64,000 nucleotides of DNA from Podarcis melisellensis (taxonomy: Eukaryota), in NCBI GenBank assembly GCA_964234715.1, contig OZ174281.1, one strand, 5' to 3'. Below the pieces are notes generated by a model. The model had not been told where the DNA came from. It worked only from the letters and a program-made list of their open reading frames with translations, and ran no database searches. The position numbers and the translations under genes are program-made. Position 1 is the first letter of the stretch. The number at the start of each line of letters is the position of its first letter. Shown piece by piece: positions 49,214 to 62,840 of this stretch.

Positions 49214-52200
49214 GCTACTGCTGTGGAAAACCTCATAGCTCTGCAAATATTATGCATGGTGCAGCACAAGGCATCTTAGAAAATGGATCAATGTAAAATG
49301 ACAAAGAAAAAAAGAACAGGGTGCTGTGGAAAGACAGAGCTAGTAGATACAATCCTTATGTTGAGCATAACACATCGCAAAACTACTGGAGCCTATTGCA
49401 CATTCTGCCAATAGCCTCACATCTGTACTACGCCTGCTACTGTTTCATGTCATCTTTATTAAATATAGCCTGACCTTTTCACTGAAACCCATCTCTGCAG
49501 AACAAAGAGATCGAAGAAGGGGGGAACCTGACCCAAATAATAACTGTAATGAATGTCAGGAAAGAGCAGCATTTCAGCTGCTTTTTTTTTTTGTCTTGGT
49601 CACAATTTATATTGCCTGCAGAACAGACTACTTACTGAGAAACTGGGGCATCACATCCTTTTCTACCTTGTTATAAAACACACACACACAGTGGAAGTTG
49701 CTAGGCATCGTATACAGTGCTTCTAGAGCAAATTTGCAATAATCATAAGTCACCACAATCTGTGAAGTGACAAAAGGCTTGAAGACAATTTGCAACAAGT
49801 AATATTACACTTTTGCATTATGATACTAAAATACAGCTTTGAACTCTCGGCTCCTTATTTGTTTTTAACTGCGTTTCTTTGGAAGCACAAGCAGAGAGAG
49901 GTAACAGATTAAACTTTTATAAACCTCAACGTTATCCCAATAGTCATTTCTCCCTTTTAGAACTAGAAAGCTGTTTGAGGCCTGACAGTCAATACATCTT
50001 CTAAAGCAGTTGGCCTAAGTAGTTTTCTTCTTCTAGGATGGGAGATGCCCTGTCTTCCTTTTTTATCTGCCTTTGTTCTATACGCTTGTTTTGTTTGCTG
50101 TCACTTGAAGCTACTGACTGATTTGTCATGGAAACATATTGCTAGGAATAGTCAATTATGTTGTCACTTGAATCTTGAAGTTGTCACTTGAAGTACAATC
50201 AGCGAAAGACCTTTTCCACAACAGGATGAAAGAAACCCTCTTTGAGCATTTGAAATGGTGCAGAATTTCCCTCAGAATGCATTATCCACAAGAGACGGAG
50301 TATCATCAAGGAAAAGGGGAAGATGTGAATGACTTCCATGTCTTCTTTTGCAACTTCTGCTTAAATGTGTGACATACACACGTTGCCCAGAGGAAGATCT
50401 GTGAGCTTCAGAGCACCCCTGCCATGGTTCCCCGTGAATCTCACCACTAGATGGATAAATAAAAGTTGCAATAATCTGCCACTCTGCGTCTCTTAGAAAA
50501 GCACAGTAAGACATTTCTACATCCTTCCCTCTCACAGTAAACTTGGACGTTGGCATGTCCACCAGTCAGGAATCAAAAGAAGGCCACACAAAAGAAAGGC
50601 GTGTTTTCCACATAATCAGATGTCTTCCTGGGTATCCCCAAAATTAGAGGTTAAAGCGAGTGTAAACTTTTATAGATTAAAAACTCAAACAAGCACCCGT
50701 GAGCTCACAGGCAGTGTTGGTTGAAAGGGACAAAATGGAGGAGGGAGGGAATTTGGCTGTTCAGAATAAGTATCCTAGAAAGGGATTTAGAGGATGGGTG
50801 GATGTATGCTGTAAAGTTAAAGGACATGTTTTGTATTTTTATACTGCTAACCACCCTGGGATCTTCAGATGCATCTTTCTAGTTATTCCTTCTAACCCTT
50901 GAATGCTTTCCCTTCTTGCTGTGCACCACAGACTGCCTACAAAGTGATGCGACCTGGTATTTTACACAAGGGGCAATTCTGTTTGCATAGCTGCCCATCT
51001 ACGGACTTTTAAAACTGTTATTTTTGTGTTTTTATATTATAAATTGCCCTGTGATCTTCGGCTGAAGGATGGTATAGAAATTTAATAAATAAAAAGTTCC
51101 TATTAATATAAGGCATACGCTAAAATTCTAACTCAACCAGGAGTTTGAAAAACTATTGCTTCCACAACACAAGAAAAGTGTTTTGTACCATGAAATCAAG
51201 GTTACAGGTTGGCTCGTGTCCTGACTGACACAAGGATATTTTCCTGACCGCATTCTCATGTCAAAAAATCAATATGGGATAAAAGCATGACATTATCTCC
51301 ATTCACTTAGCCAGGATTCCCAAAGGTGGATTAACAGGCTTCTTGACAAGCTAATAGCAACTACTTTGTACAGAAAGAAAGAAAAATTAAGAACTAAGAT
51401 GTAACATCTCATTCACTAACCATCTCCAGCCGGTTCTAAATTCCTCTTGAGGCATTTCTTCTGAAGCAATAAGGCCCGGGATATTATCCCACAAAGAAAG
51501 AAGCTTACCACTGAGAAGAACTTGAAGATTAGCACCTCAATAGCCAACACCTGTATAGCAGAATTTATTCCCTTTCACCATTTCATGTGCAAGGCTTGAC
51601 GAAACCCTGCAGCTTAAGGGTTCGCAAATTCATTTGCATACTAAAGCAAAGAAACCAAAGCAAAATAAATGTCAAGGTACATTTTCTCTGAAAGAAAATA
51701 TTCTGTGGGGAATAGTGGGCAGAATTTACCATACTGCTAAGTGGCATATGCCGCTTTCCCACTCCTCCTCCCTCACCCCCCCCCAAACTTGTTCTGGACT
51801 AGTGGTGCAATCCAATGTATGCATGGAGGGCATAATTTGAAAACCCCTACAATCACCATCATCTGGATTCAAACCCCAAATATACCATTTTAGTGCACCA
51901 AATACCATTTCCTCATTCATCACTCCTCCTCAATTCTAAACAAATTAATAAAAACAAGCACAAAGAAAGGACATGCCCAAACACAAGCATTTTACCAAAG
52001 CTTTAACCTTACTGATTTTTGTAAAAACCTTAATCTATAACATTGTACTTATTACAAGACTGAAAACAAATTAAGGCAGCATAGTGCTGGAATGGTATGC
52101 TTAAAAGCACACTCTGTTCACCATAATATCACAGGATATGAAACAATATATTTTGCCAGGCTTTGTCAGAAATGTTTCTCAAAAAATTATGACTATATGC

Positions 52201-52892
52201 ACAGTGAACTATTTCACCCCTGTCCCAAGCAAGACAGGGAACCAATGCAAGTCAACAAGTGATCACAGGAATAAAGCATGCAGGAACATCCCTCCAGGCA
52301 ATTAGATTGCAAGCTGTGACATATGCATGTACGTGTACTCAGGCATTCAAGTATTCTGCGCCCACATGATTAATGGGGTGATCAAATTATGAGCATAAAC
52401 AGTTGGGCAGGGCACATCCTTATCTTTTAACCTGAAAGGTTCATGTGCCACACACACACACACACACACCGTTTGTATGTTTGGAAATAAATAAACAATA
52501 TTTCTTTTTAAAATATAATCTCAGGGCCTTTCCATTGTAAATACAGTTATCATATGAATGCGCACGTCCAGAGCAAAGTGTGACACTCTTTAAACTGCCA
52601 AACCAGACAAAGTAGCAGTGCTGTCAGTCACCCTCAGCAGCACTGAGAACAAGGGGAGGGACACAAATGTGGTCCCTGCAACTTTAAATGAAACAATCAG
52701 AACTGTGTAACTGAAAAATGAGCCAGGTGACAATATTGGAACCAAGGAACCAAGGTGATGTGACATCCCGAAAGCCCTCTCCCAATTTCTTTGGGTTTCA
52801 CTTATCCCCAGCACTTAAATCCTTTCAAGGACATCTTGTCCCCACATCTCTGGAATTACCTTTTGTCACCTTATCATTTTATTAAACAAATA

Positions 52893-53151
52893 CAGTCGTA
52901 CCTTGGCTGTCACACAGAATCCCATCCGGAAGTCTGTTCGACTTCTGAAAACGTTCTACAACCAAGGCACGGCTTCTGATTGGCTGCAGGAGCTTCCTGC
53001 ACTCAAGCGGAAGATGTTTGGGTTCCAAATAATGTTTGCAAACCAAAACACCCACTTCCAGGTTTGCGGTGTTCAGAAGCCTAAGGCGTTCAGGAGCCAA
53101 AGGCATTGCAACATTCGAGTCGCAAGGCATTTGGGATCCAAGGTATGGCTG
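52893..53151. mobile_element. Tigger-like MITE, family D
   Basis: TA|CAGTCGTACCTTGG ... CCAAGGTATGGCTG|TA. Confidence 0.8.
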
Positions 53152-56100
53152 TATGTGCCAGTGTTGCTAAGGCAGTCTCCCCCCCCCCAGAAAGGCACTG
53201 ATCAACTGCTCGCATCTACATTTTGGTGTCAGCTCCAGCCTGAGAGAGCAAGCAAAGGGATAGAAATGTGGGAAGCTGACTTGACTCCTGGTAACTGAGC
53301 CACAATGAGTTCAGTTAAGTCATCATAAGAAAAACAACAGCTGTAAAAGTATTAATAAGTTGCCTTTTCTTGCCAAGCATTCACATCATGCTACCCACAT
53401 CTTTCTTTTTGCAAAGATGTCTAAAATTTAACTGCTGTCATAATCCTTGAGTTGACCAAACATGCCCCTTCTTCTGAACAAAGCATCCATACTCATACAT
53501 GCACACCATGGTACAACAGCATTTGCTCACAATTATTCCTCCTTATCCATCTTTCTCTCATCCATTCTCCTTTTCATCTCCACCTGTGCCGTTTCCACCC
53601 TTACCCCACACATCTGGTCTAAATATAGGCAGAATGCTATTTGGGTCAGAAGTGTGGCTTTGGGTTGTGCTACTCTGTAAAATACCTTGCCCATTCATGG
53701 TCTAATCACCATAATCTCCTCGAATGTTGAATTTGGATGGTCTGGTGTATATCAGTTTGGAAGGGAATGGAACCTCCAAAAACAAGGTAGTGGTTTCTTC
53801 AGATCTGTGAGATTCCCTAGGTATAGCTAAAGTATATTGGTTTGTAAACAAAAAGGAAACAGAATGTTTAAAAGGCACACAAGTGACTTTTAGGATCTAT
53901 GGAATGTTGAAAGTGCCAGATGAAAAACAACAGGAAATGGGGAGAATGGGGCTGCTTGGTCCCATAACATCTTGAAGTATTTTAGATAAGGGATTATACT
54001 TGGACAGGGTTCATGATATGGGATTTGGCTTTTTGTGGGGTGGTGTTTCTTTTTAGTGTTTCTTAACATCTCTTCTCTAGACCTGGTTCAGGCTGATTCT
54101 CAGAATGCCAAGATAGCTCCTAGTTTTCAAACGAATTTTTCTGGAACGCTTAGAATAATTCCAAATCATGTGCAAAGAAGTATCCATGAATTTGGGGTGT
54201 AAGGGAGCAGCCATATCACATTGGTAATGTGCGAGGAAAGGGAGTCCTCAAGGAGAGTAGTACAGAGAGCCGTGATTAAGCAGCTTATACCTGGCTCATT
54301 TTCTTCTGGGATGTCTCCACCACTTAGCTAAGTGTCGTCCAAGTGCTTTTAGAGACAGCCAGCAGAAATGTTCTTTTTAAAACTGAGAACATAGAAGCTA
54401 TGACTCCAGTAACAAAACCATGCACTGCTGCCAGTCATCATGATTCACCACCCTGAAGCCATTTTAGCCTTCTATTCGGACTTGAGCAGTCACCTTCTAA
54501 GTGACCCCTGCAATGACAGTCACCATGCTTTTAGAATGGAATGTCACTATTTTCATGAGGAATGTTGGAGGGTATGGCATCCTACAGCCGAGGCAAGTAT
54601 GCTTTATGAGTCCATTATGTTCTGTGAGTCACAGCACTTCTCCAAGGCTTCCTGCCAGATACAGTATCAAGCGGGCCAATGATACACACTTATGAACCCC
54701 CTCCGACTTTGTAAGGGGGAATGCAGGTCATACTATTCTTCTAGCTTATTCCCTGTAGCCACTTAAGGATTTCTCTTCCACTGCTAGATACGCCATCTGG
54801 AGTTTTAAATTGCGAAGCAAAGGGGAGAATATGGGCTTCACCTCAGCCAAAATTGTAATTTCAGCAAAAGTTCCCTGCACTCTAGCTGAGAGCAGGAACA
54901 AAGTGTGCAGCTGGGCCCCAGAGACTTCAGCCTGAAGTACTTTAGAGGATGTTATTCCTGAGACCTGCTTTAAATGAACACCAAATAGCATGGAGAGTGC
55001 TTGAAATTGAATCCTCATGAAATCTGCTCCGAGTGTCAAGCCACATCACCACAAACCACACAAAAGAATGCTTTAGCCCAAGAGTTATGCTGCATGTTTA
55101 AACCAGGAAGGAAGACGCATTATATAGAGCCAGACCGTATCTGAGTATTATATCTACAATCCAGGGAGAAGTTACCTTTTGGTCCCTGAAGGCCACATGC
55201 AGCAGCTAGAGGTTTTGCCTCCCTGTGTGCTATTCTCCCCTTTACAACCGCAATCCCCCAGTGCACCAAACAGCTGTGTGGTGTGCTGGAGGAGGAACAT
55301 GATTACGTGGGCAGGATGGCGCCCATCACAACTGTACAGCAAAATCCAGCAGCCTGGACGGCAGTGGAATAAATTGGCAGGGGATCACAGGGAAGCCCCA
55401 CAAGAGCCGCTTGCAGCCCATAGGTCACAGGTGCCTACAGCGTTTGAAATTAGCCAGGTGCCAGGAGCGTTTTGTCACTGTCATGGGTCCAATTGCGAAG
55501 ACATTGAGATCTCTGGATGCCAGGCTGGCAACCGACATCGCCATCTGGCTGGCTTCTCCAGCTTTCTTAAGCAGGTAAGCAGAAGAGCATATTTATATCC
55601 CACCCTTTTCTCCAAGGAGCACATGGTTCACCCTCCTCCTCAATTAATCCCTACAACAACCCTGTGACGTAGGTTAAGAAGGTGTGACTGGCCCAGGGCC
55701 ACCCAGTGAGTTTCATGACTGAGTGGGGATTTGAACCCTGATCTCCCAGGTCCTAGTCCGACAATGGCTTCTTAGAGTATTTCTGCTATGGAACAGCTAT
55801 ATAAATTAAGGAGGTAAATAAATATGGGGAAAGCAAAATGTCATGTAGAGAAGGATCTGAAATATTTTCCTTTAAGCTTGCATTTGTTTTATCTTGGATT
55901 GTTTTATTTGATGTTTTAATGTGCTGCAAACCACTTTGAGGGGTTTTTCTTTAAAATATAAAGTGGTATGGAAATGAATATCAATAATAATAATAAACCC
56001 ATTGCAAAGAAAAGGACATCTAGACATTCCATTGTGGTGATTGTAACCTTGGTTTAAGGTGGCATTTGGTAATTAGCTTATATATCTGAGTTTCCAATGC

Positions 56101-56703
56101 TGGTTACCTTCATATGGTTTAAACGGACTGGCAGCAAATGTCCAAGGTTTCAGGCAGAGAGATGTTTTCCACCCTTACCTGGAGATGCTAGGGACTGAAG
56201 TTGGAACTTCTACATACAAAGCATATCTCAACCCTTCAAGGCTACAATTATTCAGTGTTAGCATTCTCTGTACAGATTATTCAGCTATGTGATTATTCAA
56301 CCCCCCAGCCTTCCTCAACTTCCAGACTGGCCCTCCCAGGACAATGCTCAGAGATGATGGAAGCTGTAATCTAAAACAGCTGGGTGGCATCAAATTAGGT
56401 AAGGCTGTCACATCTTTTGGTCTGCTTACATTATGATTTTGAAAAGCAATCAAGTTTTCTCTTCTGAATGGCGTCCTTGGTGAAACGAGAGTTATTTATA
56501 ACCTGGAATTAACAGCCTGGCCATAATGAATTTCAAACGTATGCTGAGGTCTGACCTATAATTGTCTGTGAGGTCTTCTTTAATCTATCATACAGAGGTA
56601 AAGGTGCTTTAAAGGATCTTGTTGTAAAATAGCAAGCAATATTTTCAGTTTGATCCCAGCCAGCAATTTCAACCAACATTTCAGTTTCAGAAATATAAGG
56701 GTA

Positions 56704-56926
56704 CAGTAGTACCTCGGGTTACATACACTTCAGGTTACAGACTCTGCTAACCCAGACAGTGCTTCAGGTTAAGAACTTTGCTTCAGGATAAGAACAGAAA
56801 TCGTGCTGCGGTGGCGCGGTGGCATGGGAGGCCCTATTAGCTAAAGTGGTGCTTCAGGTTAAGAACAGTTTCAGGTTAAGAACAGACCTCCGGAATGAAT
56901 TAAGTACTTAACCCGAGGTAGGACTG
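56704..56926 (+). mobile_element. Tigger-like MITE, family A
   Basis: Matches 2963-3204, with TA flanks. Confidence 0.9.
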
Positions 56927-57083
56927 TATTGTGTTTTCCAGGTAGCATATTATGGTATTTTTAAAACAAACAATAACACCACCACCACATACCTTTAGCA
57001 TACACCAAAGTGACTGGAGCACTTACATGTTTTTAAATATGTGTTTTGGTTTTTGAAACACTTTCAAACTACATTGTTGCAAC

Positions 57084-57338
57084 CACTGGCAGAGGAACAG
57101 GAGGGTGGAGGGAGCGGACCGCCCCCGGCACTACTATTCTGGTAGGGTGCCATAGCGGCGCCCCCTGACACATGCTATGCACTCCCCAGTGTGCCGGGCA
57201 CCACGCCCCCACAGGCAGCATGCCATGCCCCCAGAATGCGCACCATGCCCTCACAGATGGCGTACCACACCCCCGGGATGCATGCCATGCCCTCCGGGGT
57301 GTGCGTCACTTTCCGCTCCCAGTAGTGCTTCGCCACTG
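57084..57338. mobile_element. hAT MITE, GC-rich
   Basis: TIR CACTGGCAGAG / CTTCGCCACTG; TSD GTTGCAAC (57076-57083) / GTAGCAAC (57339-57346). Confidence 0.8.
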
Positions 57339-57441
57339 GTAGCAACAACTGACCAATATGAGATGCTCTCAAAATCCTGCCACTCCCTGTGCTTGAAGCA
57401 GCTGATAAAAAGCAATCGCACCCCCCCACCTCCCGAAACTA

Positions 57442-57667
57442 CAGTGGTACCTCGGGTTAAGTACTTAATTCGTTCCGGAGGTCCGTTCTTAACCTGAAAC
57501 TGTTCTTAACCTGAAGCACCACTTTAGCTAATGGGACCTCCTGCTGCTGTCGCGCCACCGGAGCACGATTTCCGTTCTCATCCTGAAGCAAAGTTCTTAA
57601 CCCGAGGTACTATTTCTGGGTTAGCGGAGTCTGTAACCTGAAGCGTATGTAACCCGGGGTACCATAG
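57442..57667 (-). mobile_element. Tigger-like MITE, family A
   Basis: Matches 39041-39266. Confidence 0.9.
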
Positions 57668-58369
57668 TATTAAACAACTGAAATGCACTTGTTTTAAAGT
57701 GGAGCTGTTTCCAGCCTTGGAATAAAGTCATTTTCAATTGCTAACATTATCTCTCTATATATGTATGTGCAAGAGGGGTAAAAATGATGTAGAAGTCTTT
57801 CAAATCATGAGTAGGCTAACAACTGTTTATTTAATGTTGCCTCATTCTTTTCAGCTTAACTTATAATTACCATATCAGATAGATTGCAGTACTATGTTTA
57901 GTATAAAATGACAGTTCGTGGATCTTTTAAAGAATATCCTCCAAGTACACAGTTGTCAGGGGGGGAAAGGCCAAGCAAATAAGTTATAAAATGTTTTGCA
58001 TAGACAAGAGCTAGTCTGTATGGAGCACGGAGTCAAAAATAAGCTTGCATGGCTGATGTATTCTCTAACAACTACGATCAACAAGGACATGCAACAATCA
58101 TACCATTGTTACCAAGTTCAAGTGTGAGATAAGAATATCCTGAAAAGTTCAAATGAATAACCTGCAATGATATTTCAACACCATATGACACAAGTATCCA
58201 AGATACGGCAAGTCCTTCAGGGGACTCCAACTGCAACTATCTTAAAAGTGGGCATGTGTGTTTTGGAGGTGGAAGGTTTCAGATTTGAAGTCAGATGTTG
58301 ATTTACTACATTGATAAGATCTGGAGTATTTATGAGACCCAGAGTTATGAGTGAATTGTGAGCTAGCAA

Positions 58370-59625
58370 AGCTGATGCCACCTAATTATTCAGGGTGGGG
58401 AGAAACCAAAAAACAAAAAACTGATTGCAATGATCTCCAAAGGAATCTCTCCAGACTGGTTGAAGGGGAATTAAAATGGCAAATGTGGTTTAATATAAGC
58501 AAGTGTAAAGTAATTCACTTGGGGGGGTCTACAATTCCAAGCTTACATGCACACTGATTAGGTCTGAACCAGGAAAAAGATATCAGGATCACAGTGGAAA
58601 GCTCAATTAAAACATTGATCTAGTGTGTGGCAACTGTGAAATACTGTAATGTCCACCTACCTATGTTAGGTATCATTAGAAAAGTAATCAGGAAAAAAAC
58701 TACCAATATCAGAAAGCTTTCGTATCAGTATGAAACTACACTCTGAATATGTTGTACAGTTTTGGTCACCACATCTCAAGAAAGATACTGTATAGCTGGA
58801 AAAGTTGTAGAAATGATCAGGAGCAGTGGAATAACTCTCATATTACCTGAACTCAATGTCATCCAATGAAGCTTGGGTGTGGAAGATTCAAGACAGATAA
58901 AAGTACTTTGCTATAGAAGATTCAGGCCAGAAAAAGGGAATTACACAGCACATAAATGAACCATGGAGTTTGGTACCTCAAGAAGTGGTATAGGCCACAA
59001 ATTAGGGCTGTTTTTAAAAGGGATTAGACAAAATCATGCAGGGCTTAGCCTACCCGTGGCTTCCAGTCGTGATGGCTATTTACTGTATAGTACCTTAAGG
59101 ATAGAGGGACGCGGGTGGCGCTGTGGGTTAAACCACAGAGCCTAAGACTTGCTGATCAGAAAGTTGGCAGTTCAAATCCCTGCGACAGGGTGAGCTCCTG
59201 TTGCTCGGTCCCTGCTCCTGCCAACCTAGCAGTTTGAAAGCACATCAAAGTGCAAGTAGATAAATAGGTACTGCTCTGGCGGGAAAGTAAACGGCATTTC
59301 CGTGCGCTGCTCTGGTTTGCCAGAAGCGGCTTAGTCATGCTGGCCACATGACCCGGAAGCTATATGCCGGCTCCCTCAGCCAATAAAGCGAGATGAGTGC
59401 TGCAACCCCAGAGTCATCCATGACTGGACCTAATGGTGAGGGGTCCCTTTACCTTAAGGATCTAAGGCAACATACCTCTGAATACCACAAATTGTCCTGG
59501 AGCAGCAGCAGGAGATGTCTATTGTTTATCTCCTGCTTATGGGCTTCCCACCTGTGCAGGTGACTGTGGGAAACACAATGCTGGTGTAGGCAGGCCTCTA
59601 GTCTGATCCAGCAGGCCTCTGCTTG
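58370..59625 (+). mobile_element. Degenerate CR1 LINE 3' portion interrupted by a Sauria SINE
   Basis: DCNDLQRNLSRL...KWQMWFNISKCKVIHLG (CR1 RT C-terminal motif); 3'UTR CTCTAGTCTGATCCAGCAGG at about 59596-59615. Confidence 0.8.
59103..59449 (+). mobile_element. Sauria SINE, full length
   Basis: Matches 20442-20797; 12-bp TSD TACCTTAAGGAT (59091-59102 / 59450-59461). Confidence 0.95.
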
Positions 59626-60689
59626 ACGTCTTCCACCCTGGAATTCCAGGCAGCCTACAACAGGATTCCCAGATGGTCTCCCATTCAGTCAGTGACCAGG
59701 ACAAACTCCAAACGAGTTTATAAACCAGAAGGTCCACTGCCAAATGAGGTGAACTCCCTCCTCTGTCATTTGATTATATGTCACAGTTGATTATCTTCTC
59801 CTATTGGACCAACTTAGCTTGACTGAGGAGTATGCGCACTCTAAGTTCCTCTGAACTTCCTCAGGGCAAGAGTTTCATGTTCATTATCCTATGAGTAGTC
59901 CCTGAAGCAACACAGTCTCTTCTAATTGTTATTCTCCCACAATTGTTATATTGTATCAGGAAGAGTATCACATAGGCTGGCTAGACAATTTTCATCTCAC
60001 TTAAGTATACAAAACTCACAAAGCAGCAGCAGCATAACCAGCAACAACAAGAGATCAGGGCCTCCCAGCTCACCCCACTTTCTCTTGCAACCATTTGTAT
60101 ATATCCCTTCTGCAATACTAGGCTGTGTACACACAACATTTTGTTCTAGGATCAATGAAGGCAGAGTCCTTGCCTTTTTCTATGTAGTCTGCAAACAATC
60201 TAGATCTACAGTGGAGAAATGCCCCCCCAAAGCGCTTTCTGATAAGCTGGTTTCCTTCCAAAAATAAAAGCTCATTGCAGTTTGATTCTGCAGTACCCCT
60301 CAGTGTGTCATTTGAAAACATGGTGGTGTATCCACACCTGCCCAACCACATCATGGGTAGGATCATCACAAGATCACAGTCACCACTTCCTCCTTGATTC
60401 ACATGGAGCATGTGTAGGCGCAGGGAACATAATCCAGGGGAGGGATTTCAAATGTGTATCAAGTCTAGAACGGATCTAGCTTGAAAGCAGCAAGTTGAGG
60501 ATTCCGGAATGCGAAAAACTACACTTCTGTGCTGCAAACCGGTTGCTGCCTTCCTGCAACACTTCCTCTCCAGCTCATGCCCTGGCATGTTACACTATTT
60601 ATTAATTTTTATTCATAAAAATATTTACAACCCGCCCACTTATGCAACATCGCGAGGCAGCGTGGAGCAATACATGCAGGTTTACTCTC

Positions 60690-62350
60690 CCATTTCATCA
60701 GCCACAGTCCAGGCCCGTTGCGGGAGGCCTCGTAACTCCTTCTCAGGTGAGCGGGAAATGCATGCCATAACGCCAGATGTGGCACAAAGGGCGCGCACAA
60801 TGCCCCCCCCCCGCGACTCTGGCAGCTACCGCTGGGGAAGCTTTAGTCGACTACCTTAGTGGAGAGAAAGATTAGGGAAGGGCTGGGCGTGTGCCACCAG
60901 CTTGCGCCCCTTAAGGCTGGTGGTAGCCTGAATTTATTTATCAGCCTCAGGCCACAACATCGATAGGGACAACAAGTCCGCCTTCTCCCCTGCCTGCGAT
61001 CCAGCCAGCAATTCCACTACAGCCCCTGGCGATCACAACACAGAGGCACACAAACACACACATACTCCACGATCGGGCTGATCCGCGCCGCGTCTTGGGC
61101 GCCGCGCCGCCAGACAGACGTGAGACAGATTGTGGCTATCGTCAAGCGGCAGCCGCGCCACCCTTTTTCTCTCTCACACACACACAAACGCGCGCACACA
61201 CAGTGACATACACAAATGCACAAAAGAGTACAAAAGAAGGCGCAGCTCGCGCCCCAATAACGCACCCCAGGTGTCCTCTGTCGAGCGCTCTGGCCTCGCA
61301 GGCTCCCGGGGGTCTGCAGCATCCACCCCCCGGAGAGGGGGATCGGGCGGGCGCGGAGACACGGAGGAGACCCCCTTCCTCTACCCACGCGAGGAAGGCG
61401 ACTTGGAGTGGCGGCGGGGAAGAGCGAAGGCGGCGTGGGGGACCCCACAGGTCAGGGCGAGTCGGCTCGTCACTCAGCTGTCACGACAGGAGGAGGGCGG
61501 GTGGCGAGGGGGTGGGTAGGTGGGGGAGATCCCCCTCGGATCTGCTCCCTCCCAGGCTCGGTCGGCGCTGTCACGAAGCGAGACGAGGCTGGAAGGCGCT
61601 GCTCTCCTCCTCCCTCCGCAGCAAGCGTGGCCTGGCGCGAATCAAATCGCCGCTCCTGTCCCGTGCGCTCAGGTGGGCAGCTCCAAAGGGGCGCCCGCGT
61701 GCGCCGGCTTGGGGTGGCTGCCCAAGCGCCTTCTCTCTCTCGCCTCCTCCCACGAGTTCGGGGTCAGCCTCCCACTCCTTCTCCACCTCCTCTTGGCAGC
61801 CGCCGGGGTCTTTGATCGCCGCAGCCTCCCGTCCAAGAAGCACCTTCGCCCAGGCAAGGACGCGCGCGGAGCTGGCGAGCGCCGAGGGGTGGGGCTCGCG
61901 CGCCCGCCTCCCGAACCAGGAAGGACGGAGTGAGGCGCGCGAATGTCAACACGGCGGGGAGGGGCGCGGGGGAGGGAGGAGGAGGAGGAGGAGAAGGCAC
62001 CCTCTGCGCTGGATCGGACCTTCCCGGGGGCAGAGGAAAGGTTGGGCACTCCCCCCGCCCCCTTTGGAGTCGAGCTACACGTTACACTGACACGTTTATT
62101 TGGAAGGGAAAGCAGCGGGTGAACAGAAGGAACAAAGCTGAATCCTCCCCCTGCGCTGCAGCAGGGGCTGGACAGGATTGGGGGTGGGGGTGGAGAACTC
62201 CCCCCCCGGAAGTCCCTGCAACCCCACCCCATGGTGCCTTCTCCTCAGAGTTCTGCCGCTTCCGGGGTTTGGAGCGGAAAAGTTGGCGAGCGAAGCAAGG
62301 GAGTGCCTGGTCCTCTTCAAGTTACTTTCTGGGCACCGTGGTATAGAGGA
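60690..62350. promoter_or_regulatory. CpG island; probable promoter and non-coding first exon of the minus-strand host gene
   Basis: Abrupt rise in GC and CpG density against a CpG-depleted background; GC boxes (GGGCGG), (GGA)n at 61974-61992, and no recognisable transposons. Confidence 0.85.
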
Positions 62351-62768
62351 TTGAACCCTTGGGCGATTGCATGGGGTCGGACTAGATGACCCTCGGGGTA
62401 CCTTCCAACTCAACAATTCTATAGTTCTATGTTGTGAGCAGCTGTCTCTCCACTCTCTCACCTCTCTCTCTGCAAGGTGAGAAGGGTGGTCATGGAAGGA
62501 GCGGCCCCTCTCCCTCTCCCTATTGTCTACAGTGGCTCTCCAGGATTTGGGGCAAGGGTTTCTCCCAGCCTTACCTGGAGACATTGGGGATCAGACTAGC
62601 ATGCAAAGCACATCTCTGCTGCTGAACTGCTTCTCCTGGATTGCATTTTGGTAGAGATTTCAGCCAAGGAATCCAACCCTTCCCATAGTGCCACATGGAG
62701 GAGGCAATGGGTATCTCTTCTCTCTGTAGCAAGGACTGAGAAAGTTGCCTCTGCTCACCTGCCCTCAC

Positions 62769-62840
62769 CTAAGACCTGCTCAGTGGGTAGAGTGTGAGAC
62801 TCTTAATCTCAGGCTCGTGGGTTTGAGCCTGTAGTTTGTG
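62769..62840 (+). pseudogene. tRNA-Lys(CTT)-derived relic or SINE head
   Basis: GCTCAGTGGGTAGAGTGTGAGACTCTTAATCTCAGG.TCGTGGGTTTGAGCC matches the D, anticodon and T arms of tRNA-Lys(CTT); the acceptor stem is broken. Confidence 0.7.

Noticed and set aside
50378-50492. Minus-strand exon-like segment with a good acceptor
   Set aside because: Its ATG is followed by a stop after 5 codons, and there are two competing donors. It could be a 5'UTR exon but cannot be supported from sequence alone.
61095-62090. 331-aa ORF and many overlapping ORFs in the CpG island
   Set aside because: Stop-poor GC-rich DNA produces long ORFs in all frames; the translations are Arg/Gly/Pro/Ala-rich with no recognisable domain.
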